Shown here: positions 51,526 through 63,725 of the stretch, piece after piece | How positions within the stretch are numbered: the stretch's first letter is position 1 | Layout of the letters: the number at the start of each line of letters is the position of its first letter | Assembly: GCF_001194135.2 (NCBI RefSeq) | Contig: NC_068982.1 | Coordinates: forward strand, 4,266,417 to 4,330,141 | Length of the DNA: 63,725 nt | Source of the DNA: Octopus bimaculoides | Lineage: Eukaryota | Reading direction: 5' to 3' | Translations under genes and position numbers: made by a program | Notes under the pieces: generated by a model | The model's database searches: none | Seen by the model: the letters and a program-made list of their open reading frames with translations, nothing else | Told to the model about the DNA's origin: nothing

Positions 51526-52479
51526 NNNNNNNNNNNNNNNNNNNNNNNNNNNNNNNNNNNNNNNNNNNNNNNNNNNNNNNNNNNNNNNNNNNNNNNNNNN
51601 NNNNNNNNNNNNNNNNNNNNNNNNNNNNNNNNNNNNNNNNNNNNNNNNNNNNNNNNNNNNNNNNNNNNNNNNNNNNNNNNNNNNNNNNNNNNNNNNNNNN
51701 NNNNNNNNNNNNNNNNNNNNNNNNNNNNNNNNNNNNNNNNNNNNNNNNNNNNNNNNNNNNNNNNNNNNNNNNNNNNNNNNNNNNNNNNNNNNNNNNNNNN
51801 NNNNNNNNNNNNNNNNNNNNNNNNNNNNNNNNNNNNNNNNNNNNNNNNNNNNNNNNNNNNNNNNNNNNNNNNNNNNNNNNNNNNNNNNNNNNNNNNNNNN
51901 NNNNNNNNNNNNNNNNNNNNNNNNNNNNNNNNNNNNNNNNNNNNNNNNNNNNNNNNNNNNNNNNNNNNNNNNNNNNNNNNNNNNNNNNNNNNNNNNNNNN
52001 NNNNNNNNNNNNNNNNNNNNNNNNNNNNNNNNNNNNNNNNNNNNNNNNNNNNNNNNNNNNNNNNNNNNNNNNNNNNNNNNNNNNNNNNNNNNNNNNNNNN
52101 NNNNNNNNNNNNNNNNNNNNNNNNNNNNNNNNNNNNNNNNNNNNNNNNNNNNNNNNNNNNNNNNNNNNNNNNNNNNNNNNNNNNNNNNNNNNNNNNNNNN
52201 NNNNNNNNNNNNNNNNNNNNNNNNNNNNNNNNNNNNNNNNNNNNNNNNNNNNNNNNNNNNNNNNNNNNNNNNNNNNNNNNNNNNNNNNNNNNNNNNNNNN
52301 NNNNNNNNNNNNNNNNNNNNNNNNNNNNNNNNNNNNNNNNNNNNNNNNNNNNNNNNNNNNNNNNNNNNNNNNNNNNNNNNNNNNNNNNNNNNNNNNNNNN
52401 NNNNNNNNNNNNNNNNNNNNNNNNNNNNNNNNNNNNNCATGACCGAGCATGTCTTACGTTTTACTCATTTTACAAATTA

Positions 52480-53530
52480 ATTTTCCCCATTGAAATTAAC
52501 TAAAATATAATTAAATCCGTTCCAGCCCCTCAAAACCACCCCAAAATAATTTTTATGGGTTTTAAAACAGAAAAGGTATAGTTACAAGTAAAATGACGAT
52601 TATAAAACAAGAGAATGCATAAGAAATATGTAAACTGGTTTTATAAACTGAATTATTTTAAACACGGGACGATTTGTGCGCGAGGAATACGATAGAGCGG
52701 GGAGGAGGTGGATTACAGTTTGGAAGGAGATTCTCCTTTCATTAAGACTTCAGGAAGAACAATTTCTGGCGTTTTCTCTCTCACGTCTCTTAATTTAAGC
52801 TTTTTGGATACACTTTCTTCACTTTTCACACTTACAGGTCGTTTCATTAGAAACATACCAAGAGAAATCTGCTTTTTCCTGCCTTTCAAAATGATACGAA
52901 AATGCGCCAGACCAGAGCCATTAAATAAAACAGCTGCACGAGCTGTAGCTATTTTTTCAGGGTAATAGTTTTTTATGAATTCAGAAACATACTGTCACTT
53001 CGCCAACACTACCTTTATGTCACTCGTAGAGATAGCATTCTCCGGAACACTGTCTTCCCCAGGGGAATCAATCTCTTCCACCGCAGTACTGTCTTTTATG
53101 CTAACCTTCTTAGGACCCATGGCTAACACATCTGATTATCATAGAATAACAGCAAAAAATGCACAAAACCACTGAGGAAAACACAACAGGGATGCTAATA
53201 GAACGAGATAAACACGTGAATTTAGCGAGGGGAGACTGCGCTTTTGGGGGGAGCGTGTGAGAGCTCAGCTCCGACTAGCGGTCGCTTGTATGAAACTCAC
53301 TCGTACTGCGGATTTCCTCTTGTAATTCAAGACAGAATTTTGCACGTATGAATTTATGCAAATATACGTATGTGTTAGTTCTTGATAATAAAATACTGCC
53401 ACTTAATTTAAATGTGGTATGCCATAACTCGAATACATATTGACTTTTGCTATAGGCATGACGAATCCTACAACAATGCAGAGCCGGGGAAAACTCGTAT
53501 AATTCCATAATAATTCCATAATAAGTACTG
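52480..53530 (-). mobile_element. Tigger/pogo-like internally deleted DNA transposon
   Basis: Minus strand MGPRKVSIKD fused to the C-terminal ..EFIKNYYPEK..FN..LAHFRIILKGRKKQISLGMFLMKRP typical of Tigger transposases; boundaries approximate. Confidence 0.6.
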
Positions 53531-54248
53531 ATAACAACGTCTCTTAATAAATTTCGCCATACCCCAATACGTACTCAAAAATAAATAAACTATTCTAATA
53601 TAAATATATGAAAATATAGATGTACAGAATGTTCATATCGAAAGCTGGTATAATCAACATAATAATAGGTAAGGATGAAAAGAGATGCCGACAGATAAAT
53701 TATCCAAACTTTAGGCCATTCACACATGCACGAGGAAAATATACTAGCTAAGTAGTACTGTATATATGTATATNNNNNNNNNNNNNNNNNNNNNNNNNNN
53801 NNNNNNNNNNNNNNNNNNNNNNNNNNNNNNNNNNNNNNNNNNNNNNNNNNNNNNNNNNNNNNNNNNNNNNNNNNNNNNNNNNNNNNNNNNNNNNNNNNNN
53901 NNNNNNNNNNNNNNNNNNNNNNNNNNNNNNNNNNNNNNNNNNNNNNNNNNNNNNNNNNNNNNNNNNNNNNNNNNNNNNNNNNNNNNNNNNNNNNNNNNNN
54001 NNNNNNNNNNNNNNNNNNNNNNNNNNNNNNNNNNNNNNNNNNNNNNNNNNNNNNNNNNNNNNNNNNNNNNNNNNNNNGTGTACATAAAGCGTAATATCTA
54101 TATATGATATAAAACAAAAAGAACAAAATATGCTGCACATGACCAAAGTATACGTCTCTTCATTCGACTTTGCCGGAAAAACTTCCAATAAAAAGAAAAT
54201 TAATGGAGCAATAGCAAAAATAATATTAAGACTTCTTGCAGTAAAAGC

Positions 54249-54249
<1 letters not shown>

Positions 54250-54328
<79 letters not shown>
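54250..54328. repeat. (TAA)n microsatellite
   Basis: Directly visible. Confidence 0.95.
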
Positions 54329-54331
<3 letters not shown>

Positions 54332-54344
54332 TAAAATTATAAAA

Positions 54345-54980
54345 AGACTATGGAATGATAATAGATATCCTGGAGTCGATATTGGAAACAGATATACTCA
54401 CCATAATAAGACCCTGGGTAAGAATATAATAACATAAGCCTATAAATCCTCGGAATCCGTAGAATTCGCACAAATGGAATTAAAGAAAAAGCAGGTATCA
54501 ATATAAAGAACGTGTGCCGTCAATACATTTGCAGTGGTAGCCATAAAACATGTCTGTGTGGTATTGAAATAGAGAGCAACGGATCTAAATTACATAGACA
54601 AGAAATCTGCTAAAAATACAGTTATTACGACAGAATATGCCCGATTTACTAGACGTGAAGGTGGTAGGAGACTATTGAGACACAGAGAATAATATCAGAA
54701 GTGCAGTTAGTAATGTTGCAGCATACATTTGCTATTCAGAGGAAGGTTTGCTACGTATCCTTGTTGGTTATGATCTGAAAATGATAGGAAATCGATTATA
54801 TCCACAGCAAACAAAATTCTCAAGGGAAATTCGGTGGAACTTCAGGCTGTTAGAATCTAAACCCGAAGCAGCAGCAGCAGCAAAAATGGACATCCTGATG
54901 AAGATCCTTAGTGGACAACCGTAAAAAAAGTACGTTTACATGGCTAATATTCCTGCGATATGACTTAGATAATTCATATC
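54345..54980 (+). mobile_element. R4/Dong-like RT thumb-region fragment downstream of (TAA)n
   Basis: VNTFAVVAI, RFTRREGGRRLL (R..R..GGRGL motif), RLHG remnants. Confidence 0.6.
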
Positions 54981-55016
54981 ACGTGATCGACAAGACTATC
55001 GGATGTTGTTATACAT

Positions 55017-55228
55017 CACTGGTCACGATGCGCTTTTCATCGTTTTAGCTTTCGAATGATACCATCACACTGATCGGAAGGCTAGTTCAGTGTAGGGTGA
55101 CCTATTAACAGCTGAGTGGACTGGATCAACGTGAAATGAAGTGTTTTGTTCAAGAACACGACGCCTCGCTCGTTCCGGGATCGAACCCCCGATCTAGTAA
55201 CACCCTATCCAGTAGGCTACGCGCCTTT
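55017..55228 (-). mobile_element. CORE-like SINE fragment
   Basis: CAGCTGAGTGGACTGGATCAACGTGAAATGAAGTGTTTTGTTCAAGAACAC..CCGGGATCGAACCC (B-box on the minus strand). Confidence 0.7.
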
Positions 55229-55389
55229 ACAGATACTTCCTATAGAAATACAAAATATACCTCTGTCCGGATGCGCACACCCAGCTTGAATGGACAAAAG
55301 ATACAAAATATTTTCACGATACAACAACAGACCCTCACCGTTAAATGTATTAAAATCATCGCCAGTTTCCCTCAGTAAGCTCCATATGA

Positions 55390-55686
55390 ACAACAGCAAG
55401 AATTACTTGGGAAGACAACAACGTTCCAAAGTTGCTCTACAAATCAAATTTTAACTCCAGGAATAAAATACTTCTCCCATCGCCTCAAGAAAAGAAAACT
55501 CTATCGTGCTGTATGGACCATCGTGTACTTTAGATGAATAACGAAATGAAGACATTATTGAACGTTCAGACCATCAGGTGACATTATAAAAATCTAGCAT
55601 CATTTTCCATAACAAAAATGACATAGCTAAAGCAAATGGTTATAAAGTTGTGGAGAAGTGAGCTGAGAGACAAAGAAATATGGAGA

Positions 55687-55743
<57 letters not shown>

Positions 55744-55745
55744 AA
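55390..55745 (+). mobile_element. Possible RTE-like 3' end with (GAT)n tail
   Basis: ARITWED..PKLLY and LRDKEIWR followed by (GAT)n. Confidence 0.35.
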
Positions 55746-55762
55746 TAATAATAATAATAATG

Positions 55763-55820
<58 letters not shown>
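55687..55820. repeat. (GAT)n(AAT)n compound microsatellite
   Basis: Directly visible. Confidence 0.95.
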
Positions 55821-55821
<1 letters not shown>

Positions 55822-55861
55822 TCTTGCTATTATAGGCATAAGACCTGAATTTTGAGGGAAA

Positions 55862-56299
55862 GCATTTATTTTACCGACCTCCAAATGCAAAAGAATAGGA
55901 AACCAGACATAGTGTTAATTGAAAAAGAAAGCAAACGATGCTGGATCATAGATATAGCATGCCCTGCTGACAACAAGGTATGCGATGAGGAAGAAAGAAA
56001 AGTCAATAGATATGACAGGTTAGCTTGGGAGGTTAAGCAGTTGTGGTCGGGGAAAAAGGTAGCGGTAGTACCAATAATTGTCGGAGCCCTGGGAAGAATG
56101 AGTAAAAATCTTGAGAAAGACATGGAACAGATAAGGTCTGCAATAAAGGTGGAGCACTTACAGAAAACAGCACTGCCTGGAACCGCTCGAATACTCCGGA
56201 TGGTGCTCGAAAAATAAGGGGTGTTACCTTAGTTTAATGGTAGTGAGCAACTGACACCGTAGTACATCTCCAGCGTTAGAAGCTGTGCAAAGACAATAA

Positions 56300-56330
<31 letters not shown>
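55862..56330 (+). mobile_element. R4/Dong-like RLE domain, 3'UTR and (TAA)n tail
   Basis: RKPDIVLIEK..CWIIDIACPAD..EERKVNRYDRL..VVPIIVGALG..LQKTALPGTARILRMVLEK*, then ~75 nt UTR and TAA repeats. Confidence 0.88.
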
Positions 56331-56333
<3 letters not shown>

Positions 56334-56361
56334 GTAATAGCACGTGATAAAAGTAAGACTA

Positions 56362-56437
<76 letters not shown>

Positions 56438-56604
56438 TTTTGTAAAACCTTTTGAAACCCTGAAAACCGGTAAAGCTACACAAATCAATGAAAGCGTATG
56501 CTATCTCGTATAAAATACAAGATTCCTTGAGAGAAAAAAAAAAGAGAAACAGAAATGGCCACGCATACAATAAATGAACCTTCACGACACAATGAAAATA
56601 TAGC

Positions 56605-56655
<51 letters not shown>

Positions 56656-57899
56656 GGAAATAAGATTTGTACCCAAGGAATACCCAGCCATAACAAAAAT
56701 ATGCTCTTGACACCAAAGGCTTCAAATTATTGTACTTGATTGTAATTGATTATCATTTCATCTTCCGGAGAAGAAAGAAAATCATTGAAGCTCAACGCGA
56801 AAATAAAAGACGTACCTCGAGGGAAAGATTTACAGAAGTTAAAAACAACAGATAATTGAAAAGAAAACGTATGCTAAAGAATGCTAAAGAAAGAGAAAAC
56901 CTCTTTTATTCACATTCAATCTTCTGCAAAAGTTAGTAATGAAAAGAGCGGTGAGCTAACATAAAAGCCTGCAATAGTTCAAAGTCTCTAGATTTCGAGT
57001 AAATACGAAAAGGTTCGAAATTAATTGCACATGATCAAAGTCTAGTCATAAGATAAGTACGGAAATACAATAATAATACAAGAGACTAGCAGAAACAAGA
57101 GATAGTGCAAACCATATAAAGACGCTTAACCACAGTCTTTCTGACCGACAAGGGAGGTAATTTTATTTGTTATTGTTTAGATATTTTCACATCAAATCTA
57201 AGTATAAAGTGAGAGCTATCTGTCAAAAATGCCAAGGAAATTAAAGCGAACCGTCTAGAAACTAGAAAGACAAAAAAAAAAAAAAATGACTAGAAAGAAA
57301 GCAAAATTAACTGAGTTATCTCGTTCCCTTTGAACCAAAACATCGTTGCAAATAGATTTGAAAATATACAAGAGAACCGCAATACGATGAAAAGTCAGAT
57401 GTCGTCATTGTAGAGATGATGAAAACGAAAGGAACCGAAAATATAAAATACCATACGCGACCTGAAAAGCACAGGAACATATTCTATGCAATGCATTTTC
57501 AGAATAGTAACACAATTCACACAATACTTAATCTACGCCAGTTCAACAGAGTGAAAATACAACAATAAGAGCAACAAAAGAATTCCACAAATATGGTGTC
57601 TTATGCAACACAAAATGACAGTGGTGAACGTGCTGGGCACGAAACCCTTTCACTAGTGACTTATCGATTCTCCTACTATGACTTAGTATAACGAAACATA
57701 GAACTACGGGTACATATTGCTTACCCATTATTTAAACAATAATTTACTGCTCAAATCTAAAACTGAAATATTCCTCTTTGCAAAAATAGTTGCAAATGTT
57801 ACATAACGCTTCCTAACATTCTTTTGTTTTATTGTTTATTCTTAATTAGATATGGCGGCTCAAATAAGACCTGAACAAATTGTAACATTGAAAATATCT

Positions 57900-58455
57900 A
57901 GGATAAAGAATTGTCACGTGATAAAACAGTTGAGAAAAATTTAAGGATTATGGTGAAAGCAAAGAGTGGCCATTTTGAATTAAAATTAGACGTAAAATAT
58001 TTTTACTCTTTTTACTCTTTTACTTGTTTCAGTCATTTGACTGTGGCCATGCTGGAGCACCGCCTTTAGTCGAGCAAATCGACCCCAGAACTTATTCCTT
58101 GTAAGCCTAGTACTTATTCAATCGGTCTCTCTTGCCGAACCGCTAAGTAACGGGGACGTAAACACACCACCATTAGTTGTCATGTGATGTTGGGGTAACA
58201 AACAGACGCCCTCACCCCACACATATATATATATCTATATCTATATATATATATATATATACAACAGGCTTCTTTCAGTTTCTGTCTACCAAATCCACTC
58301 ACAAGGCTTTGGTCGGCCCGAGGCTATAACAGAAGACAATTTGCCCAAGGTGCCACGCAGTGGGACTGAACTCGGAACCATGTGGTTCTTAAGAAAGCTA
58401 CTTAACACACACCCACTCCTACGCCTATTGTCAATAAATTCAACAAACAACCTGT
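57900..58455 (+). mobile_element. Tc1/mariner 3' end fragment interrupted by a SINE
   Basis: LRIMVKAKSGHFE before the SINE; ...ACAACCTG-TA TIR-like end after it. Confidence 0.4.
58001..58427 (-). mobile_element. SINE family B, full length
   Basis: Head AGGCGTAGGAGTGGGTGTGTGTTAAGTAGCTTTC, core GGCACCTTGGGCAA, internal (TA)n, tail (TAAAAAGAG)n. Confidence 0.9.
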
Positions 58456-59018
58456 AAACGTTTATTAATCACAACCTAAAACCTTTTATTTTATGATAAA
58501 ATGCATAATAAGTAACTACATATATGATACATCCGGTAGTTTTTATTTGCAATTTCATTCTTTGTAAAAACTAAAGATTATTATGTCATTAATCAAATTT
58601 TAAAATCTCGAGTTATGTCGTTGTTGAAGAGTTCAGAAAGAGGACGAAATAGTACTATCCACGGCTACCAGAGATTTTAAGGACTTTAGCGCATGAAAAC
58701 ATAAAATAATTATATGGAAATATATGTATAGCCTCTTCACTCTTTGATAATGATTTTATGTAAGAAAATTAAACTTAGAAGTGATTCTCTCCCCTTAAAT
58801 AGCAATCTTCAGCGTTTCCAGCACTTGTATTTTGTCATTCTCGTCCGTCGTTTATGCCTACCAAACAACCGGTACAAATATATGGTGTGCAACGCTAAGT
58901 ATAACCAAACTTCTGGTAGGCTGTGTTTGACGCTCGATTTCGCAATCGTTTTCTTGTTAAAGTACGAGTTCATCCCTGACTAATGATCAACGGTATTCTA
59001 GTTATGAACATCTGGTCT

Positions 59019-59067
<49 letters not shown>

Positions 59068-59216
59068 CACACACGCACGTACACATGTATATACGTATGT
59101 ATATATGTATGTATGTATGTATGCATGCATGTATGTATGTATGTAACTATGTAGATTTTTATGCATGTATGACATTGTTCAGTATATAAAAAAATAGCCT
59201 CATTTTTGATATTTTC

Positions 59217-59265
<49 letters not shown>

Positions 59266-59898
59266 ATTTATCATAACTATGATAATACTTTTATCATAAC
59301 TTTTAATTATTTTGATAAAACTAAATGAGTATTGTATGTAGCACGGAATTTTGTCAGTGAACAGATCACGGTCCCAAAGCGACGAAAATATTTTGACAAA
59401 TTAAATTTAAATGTTGAAGTGAATCTAAGGATTTTTGTGTGTTTTTGAAATGGTTTATAAACATCTTCCATGTTGCAACTGTTTTTGTTTCGGCATACGA
59501 TCTCTGATCAGGTCACTTGCTATGCAAGTACATCTCCGTAGTATTTTACTAATGCTCTTGAGAAAGTTATGAGCTTCACTGAATTTCGTTTCACAACCAC
59601 GTTAATCAGAATCCCACTTCCAACATAAAAAAAAAGTAAGGTAGAGTTGAATTCCATTCATCCTAGACACTCGCGTGAATATAATTGGTTAAGAGGACAG
59701 TAAAATTGTTTTGTTATGTTGTTTTGAAAGGTTACAAGTCTCGAGCGATGAAACCTTAGGAGAATTGTTTATTAAGATTAATGAAATCTAAAGAAAACGA
59801 ATTTAAAGTAAAAATGAAATTGAAGTATTCATAACATATCTCAACTTGGGGACAGCGGAATGCACGACTAAACAATAATATGACGAAATGAAAATCAC

Positions 59899-59944
<46 letters not shown>

Positions 59945-60165
59945 TACTCAAAGCAGCAACGCACACACATGAGCTTATTTGTATGTGCTAACACACACAT
60001 ATGTATGTGTATGTTTCTGTTAATTTCATCATGATCATAATCATGATCATCATCATCATCATCATCAAATGTATGTATGTATATATATTTATGCTTACAT
60101 GTATATAGACACGTGCGTTTGTGCGTATGTATGTATGTATGTATGTATGTATGTATGTATGTATG

Positions 60166-60211
<46 letters not shown>

Positions 60212-60230
60212 TACATATATATACATATAA

Positions 60231-60261
<31 letters not shown>

Positions 60262-60359
60262 AATATATTCATATAATAGATGCATACATGCATACACATA
60301 TAAACACACGCACACATGTACCTTATGCAAACTTACATACATACACACACATACATGCA

Positions 60360-60442
<83 letters not shown>

Positions 60443-60648
60443 ATACAATTCACATTTGGAAATGAAATTATATTTCATTTGCAGCCTGAAAAAAACAAAA
60501 AAAAAACAAACAAATCAAAAACGAATTTTTCGAAGAAAACTTTTCTTCATAATTTGTACTTATCATTTAATTAGATATTTGCCGTCGACATTGTGTTTAT
60601 TTAGAACAATCTTCCGCGTTACAGAGCATTATGTGTTTTATTATTATT

Positions 60649-60747
<99 letters not shown>

Positions 60748-60748
60748 G
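60649..60748. repeat. (CAT)n(TAT)n compound microsatellite
   Basis: Directly visible; many further (TA)n, (CA)n and (TATG)n tracts occur across 59000-61700. Confidence 0.95.
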
Positions 60749-61387
60749 TTCTATATAAGATTATAAGAAATGATTTACACTTATAGCGGTTCAAACTTAC
60801 ATCTTCTGGCATACATTACAAATACATTTTAGAATAAAAACGAAGAAAGAAAATATTTTCATGTTTTTCTATTTTTGCCTATAAATTTTTGTCTTACGAA
60901 TGTAGGTTCTCTTGCTGTAAAAGATAGCTGTGTTATTATGCAAGCTGTCGTAGATTAGTTCAGCAATCGTCAATTCACATCTGACGGGCTTGACGTTGTA
61001 TGGTATTGTATACTTAAAGGAAGTCGTAACGACGAGACAAAGACATGTAACGTGTATGATGATGATGATGCTGATGATGATGATGATGATGCTGCTGCTG
61101 ATGATGATGATGATGATGATGCTGATGATGATTGTAGTGGTAGTGATGTGGTAGGTGATAAGGGTGATTGATACTGCTTCTGCTGTTGCTGCAGATAATA
61201 TCTATTTTAAAGATGGTCTGTGAATATTCGCCAGGGGAGGTAAGTATGAATATGCATATCTGAATCAAGTCTATTTGTGCAGAGTATATTCGGGTAAATG
61301 TTGCTGCTTTGTTTGCGTGTGTGTATGTGTGTGTGTGTGTGTGTGTGTGCAGATTGTTTGTGAAGATGTGTATATGCATGCATGTGC

Positions 61388-61420
<33 letters not shown>

Positions 61421-61586
61421 GATATGCATGTTTGCATTCACGCTCGCGAATCTCAAAGTCAGTCCTTTTGATCAGCATTTTCAACCATTTTCTTTAAAGC
61501 TGCGAATACTCTTGAGAATTTCTTAATTTCCTGCTTACTTAGACGACATAAGAAAAAAAATTTCATAACTATACATATTTTAAAAG

Positions 61587-61693
<107 letters not shown>

Positions 61694-62469
61694 CTGTGTG
61701 TGAGTGTGTCAGCCTCTGTGCACGTACCATTGTTTTCATAATCCTTTCCCCGTCCTTCTGCATGGATTGGACAACTGGAACACCTTGTGGCTCTGAATTA
61801 TCCGTTGCAGAACATCGGGCGAATCACTTGCCTCTCAGTTTCTTTCCGTGCTATGCAAACCTACCGCCTGGTTTCTCTTCTAGCAACTTGATACTCTTTG
61901 TTCCTCTCCCCTTTCTTCTAATCTTTCCAGGCTTTTTTTTTTTAGCTTTTACATTCCTATCTCTGGTAATATTCCATTGATATGTTACCATTCATCTGGA
62001 TGGAATTTTGCTACGACCGCCGATCTGGCTTCTAACTTTCAACAAGATGTCTCCCAGTACTTTATATTATAGGTCTTTATTGCCTTCATCTTCTAAAATC
62101 GCTCGGAATCTCTGCTTAGAAGAAAGATGCTTTGGTTTCCATATTTTTATAATATGAATACTTTTTTTTTACTGTTTAGCTTTTATTCTGAAGGCACAAA
62201 CCACTAGTCCATCTTATTTGGTGCATTCTTCATCAAGGAAAAACATAATATTCCCAACCATCTTTCGGATCTTTCTGATTTGGCGGGCGCCACTTGTTTT
62301 CTTAACGAAACACTTTCAAACTTGGGACACTGGTAGAATGTGTCATATAAAACATCTTTTACTCTTAGTTTTATTGAGAAAATTTTATCTTTTTAAAGTT
62401 ATTTCGTGCTAAAATTGTCGTATTTCGGTAATTTCAACCAATCACTGACGTCTATTGAGGTGAAAACAA

Positions 62470-63725
62470 TTACTGCTGTGAATTGTCAACAAAACGTTGT
62501 GCGGTGTAATGGGATCTTGTCACTATACTTCTCACACGTGTCTTCCATACTGTTTCTTTCAGTGTGGCTACTACGCAGAAAAAGGAAGCATTCCTTTCCC
62601 TGTTGAGGGAAAGGGGCGGCACAATCTTGATAATAGACTCAGTTGATAGCTGTACTCTTCCCATCGTTGACAACGGTTGCTCGACAAAAGCTATCAGGCC
62701 CTATAAATCCGGACATTTCACGAAGGCGTGCAAGACAGTTTCTCTGTCCCGCCCGCATCTTGAGCATGTCGGCGAGACGGCACTTCCGTGCCTCGACAAG
62801 CCAGGGATTTTTTTTTTGGTGGGGGAAGAGCGTGTTACTTGTAGGATATTAATTGTATCTTCTCTGTTAAACAACCTGGGCGGCCATCACCCACGCGGCA
62901 TCAACCTCCGGCGGTACCTCTGTTACCCTGACACGAGACATGTGTCGCCCCATATACGTTGGTAGAAGTACCACTTCTTTTGTCTTCAACGGGCTCGCGG
63001 GCAAAGTGCTCGTGGGCCACCTCTGTTGTTCTGAATCTGGCTTCTGTTGTGCCAAATTTCCTTCCTCTTGTTACATAGCTAATATGGGTGCCAGACATTT
63101 TTCAATTTTATTCTGTTCCATATGTTTCATTTTTCTTTCTTCTGGGAAGAACGTTTTGAATAGAATTGTCTTTCTTATCTCTTCTGTTGTGTTGGTGGGA
63201 GGTGATATTTTTTACTTCACCCTCCTCCTCTGTCATTCTTTGAAACATTTCTTGGAGTTCCCCCAATGGGATCTCCAGACTTTCCATTTGTACGGCGGCG
63301 ACTGCCGCAAAGCCTTTGTTGACTTGCTTTGGAGGCGGGTTAGTCTCCAAAGCCTCACACTCTTCGAGAGAGCATTTTTCTCTTATCATCTCCACCGACA
63401 TTTCGGTCGAGATAAATTAGCAGAAAACATACGAACAAAAAAAAAAAAACAAACAAAAAAAAAAAACACAGTTCCAAGATATTTTTTGGGGGCAATCAAT
63501 AAGTTCAAATCCTATCCCTGTCAGCTCAATGAAGCCCAAAACGGCTGAAAAAAACAGTTCTTTTTTTCCAAAGGAAAAATTATAGGAATCCGTTCCTTTT
63601 TTTTGTTCTGTTCAAAAAATTACTTCCTCTCAAGAGAAACAACAGTTCAAACCCCTCCCTCGTCAGCAGGCGGAGGGGCGAGGCTCAAATAAAGAGACTA
63701 AAATGTCTGAATACAGTTTTTCTTT
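62470..63725 (-). mobile_element. Second internally deleted L1/Tx1-like element: 5'UTR, ORF1 fragment, ORF2 C-terminal Zn finger
   Basis: 63460-63725 is homologous to 46945-47190. ORF1-like VLLPTYMGRHMSRVRV is joined to PTCSRCGRDRETVLHAFVKCP (C-terminal CCHC of L1/Tx1 ORF2) and ..ETVWKTR. Runs off the window end. Confidence 0.75.

Noticed and set aside
57620-57654. AGTG..GTGC tgg GCAC-GAAA..CACT
   Set aside because: The core reads GTGAAC rather than CUGANGA; too degenerate.
61760-62400. Possible Penelope RT N-terminal relic on the minus strand (KWRPPNQKD)
   Set aside because: Only one short motif; too decayed to support.

Overview
AT-rich, repeat-dominated eukaryotic DNA from a gapped draft assembly (12 N-runs, nearly all at microsatellites). 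The SINE families and microsatellite spectrum look like an Octopus-type cephalopod genome; this is an inference, not a database match. No intact host gene can be supported. The window is a layered record of mobile elements: several tRNA-derived SINE families; LINE fragments (R4/Dong-like restriction-endonuclease elements at (TAA)n, RTE, CR1-like, internally deleted L1/Tx1-like); a Penelope-like GIY-YIG fragment; a probable BEL/Pao relic; and DNA transposons (full-length Hsmar1-like mariner, two maT-like copies, a mariner MITE, a Tigger-like deletion derivative, and a Chapaev3-like element with an in-frame 60-bp tandem expansion). The most notable signal is invisible to the ORF track: at least eight type I hammerhead-ribozyme motifs from about four unrelated sequence families. 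They sit in non-coding units, with a 337-350 nt period where it can be measured, arranged as partial tandem repeats and/or with an inverted arm. This is the architecture expected of Penelope pseudo-LTRs or non-LTR retrozymes.
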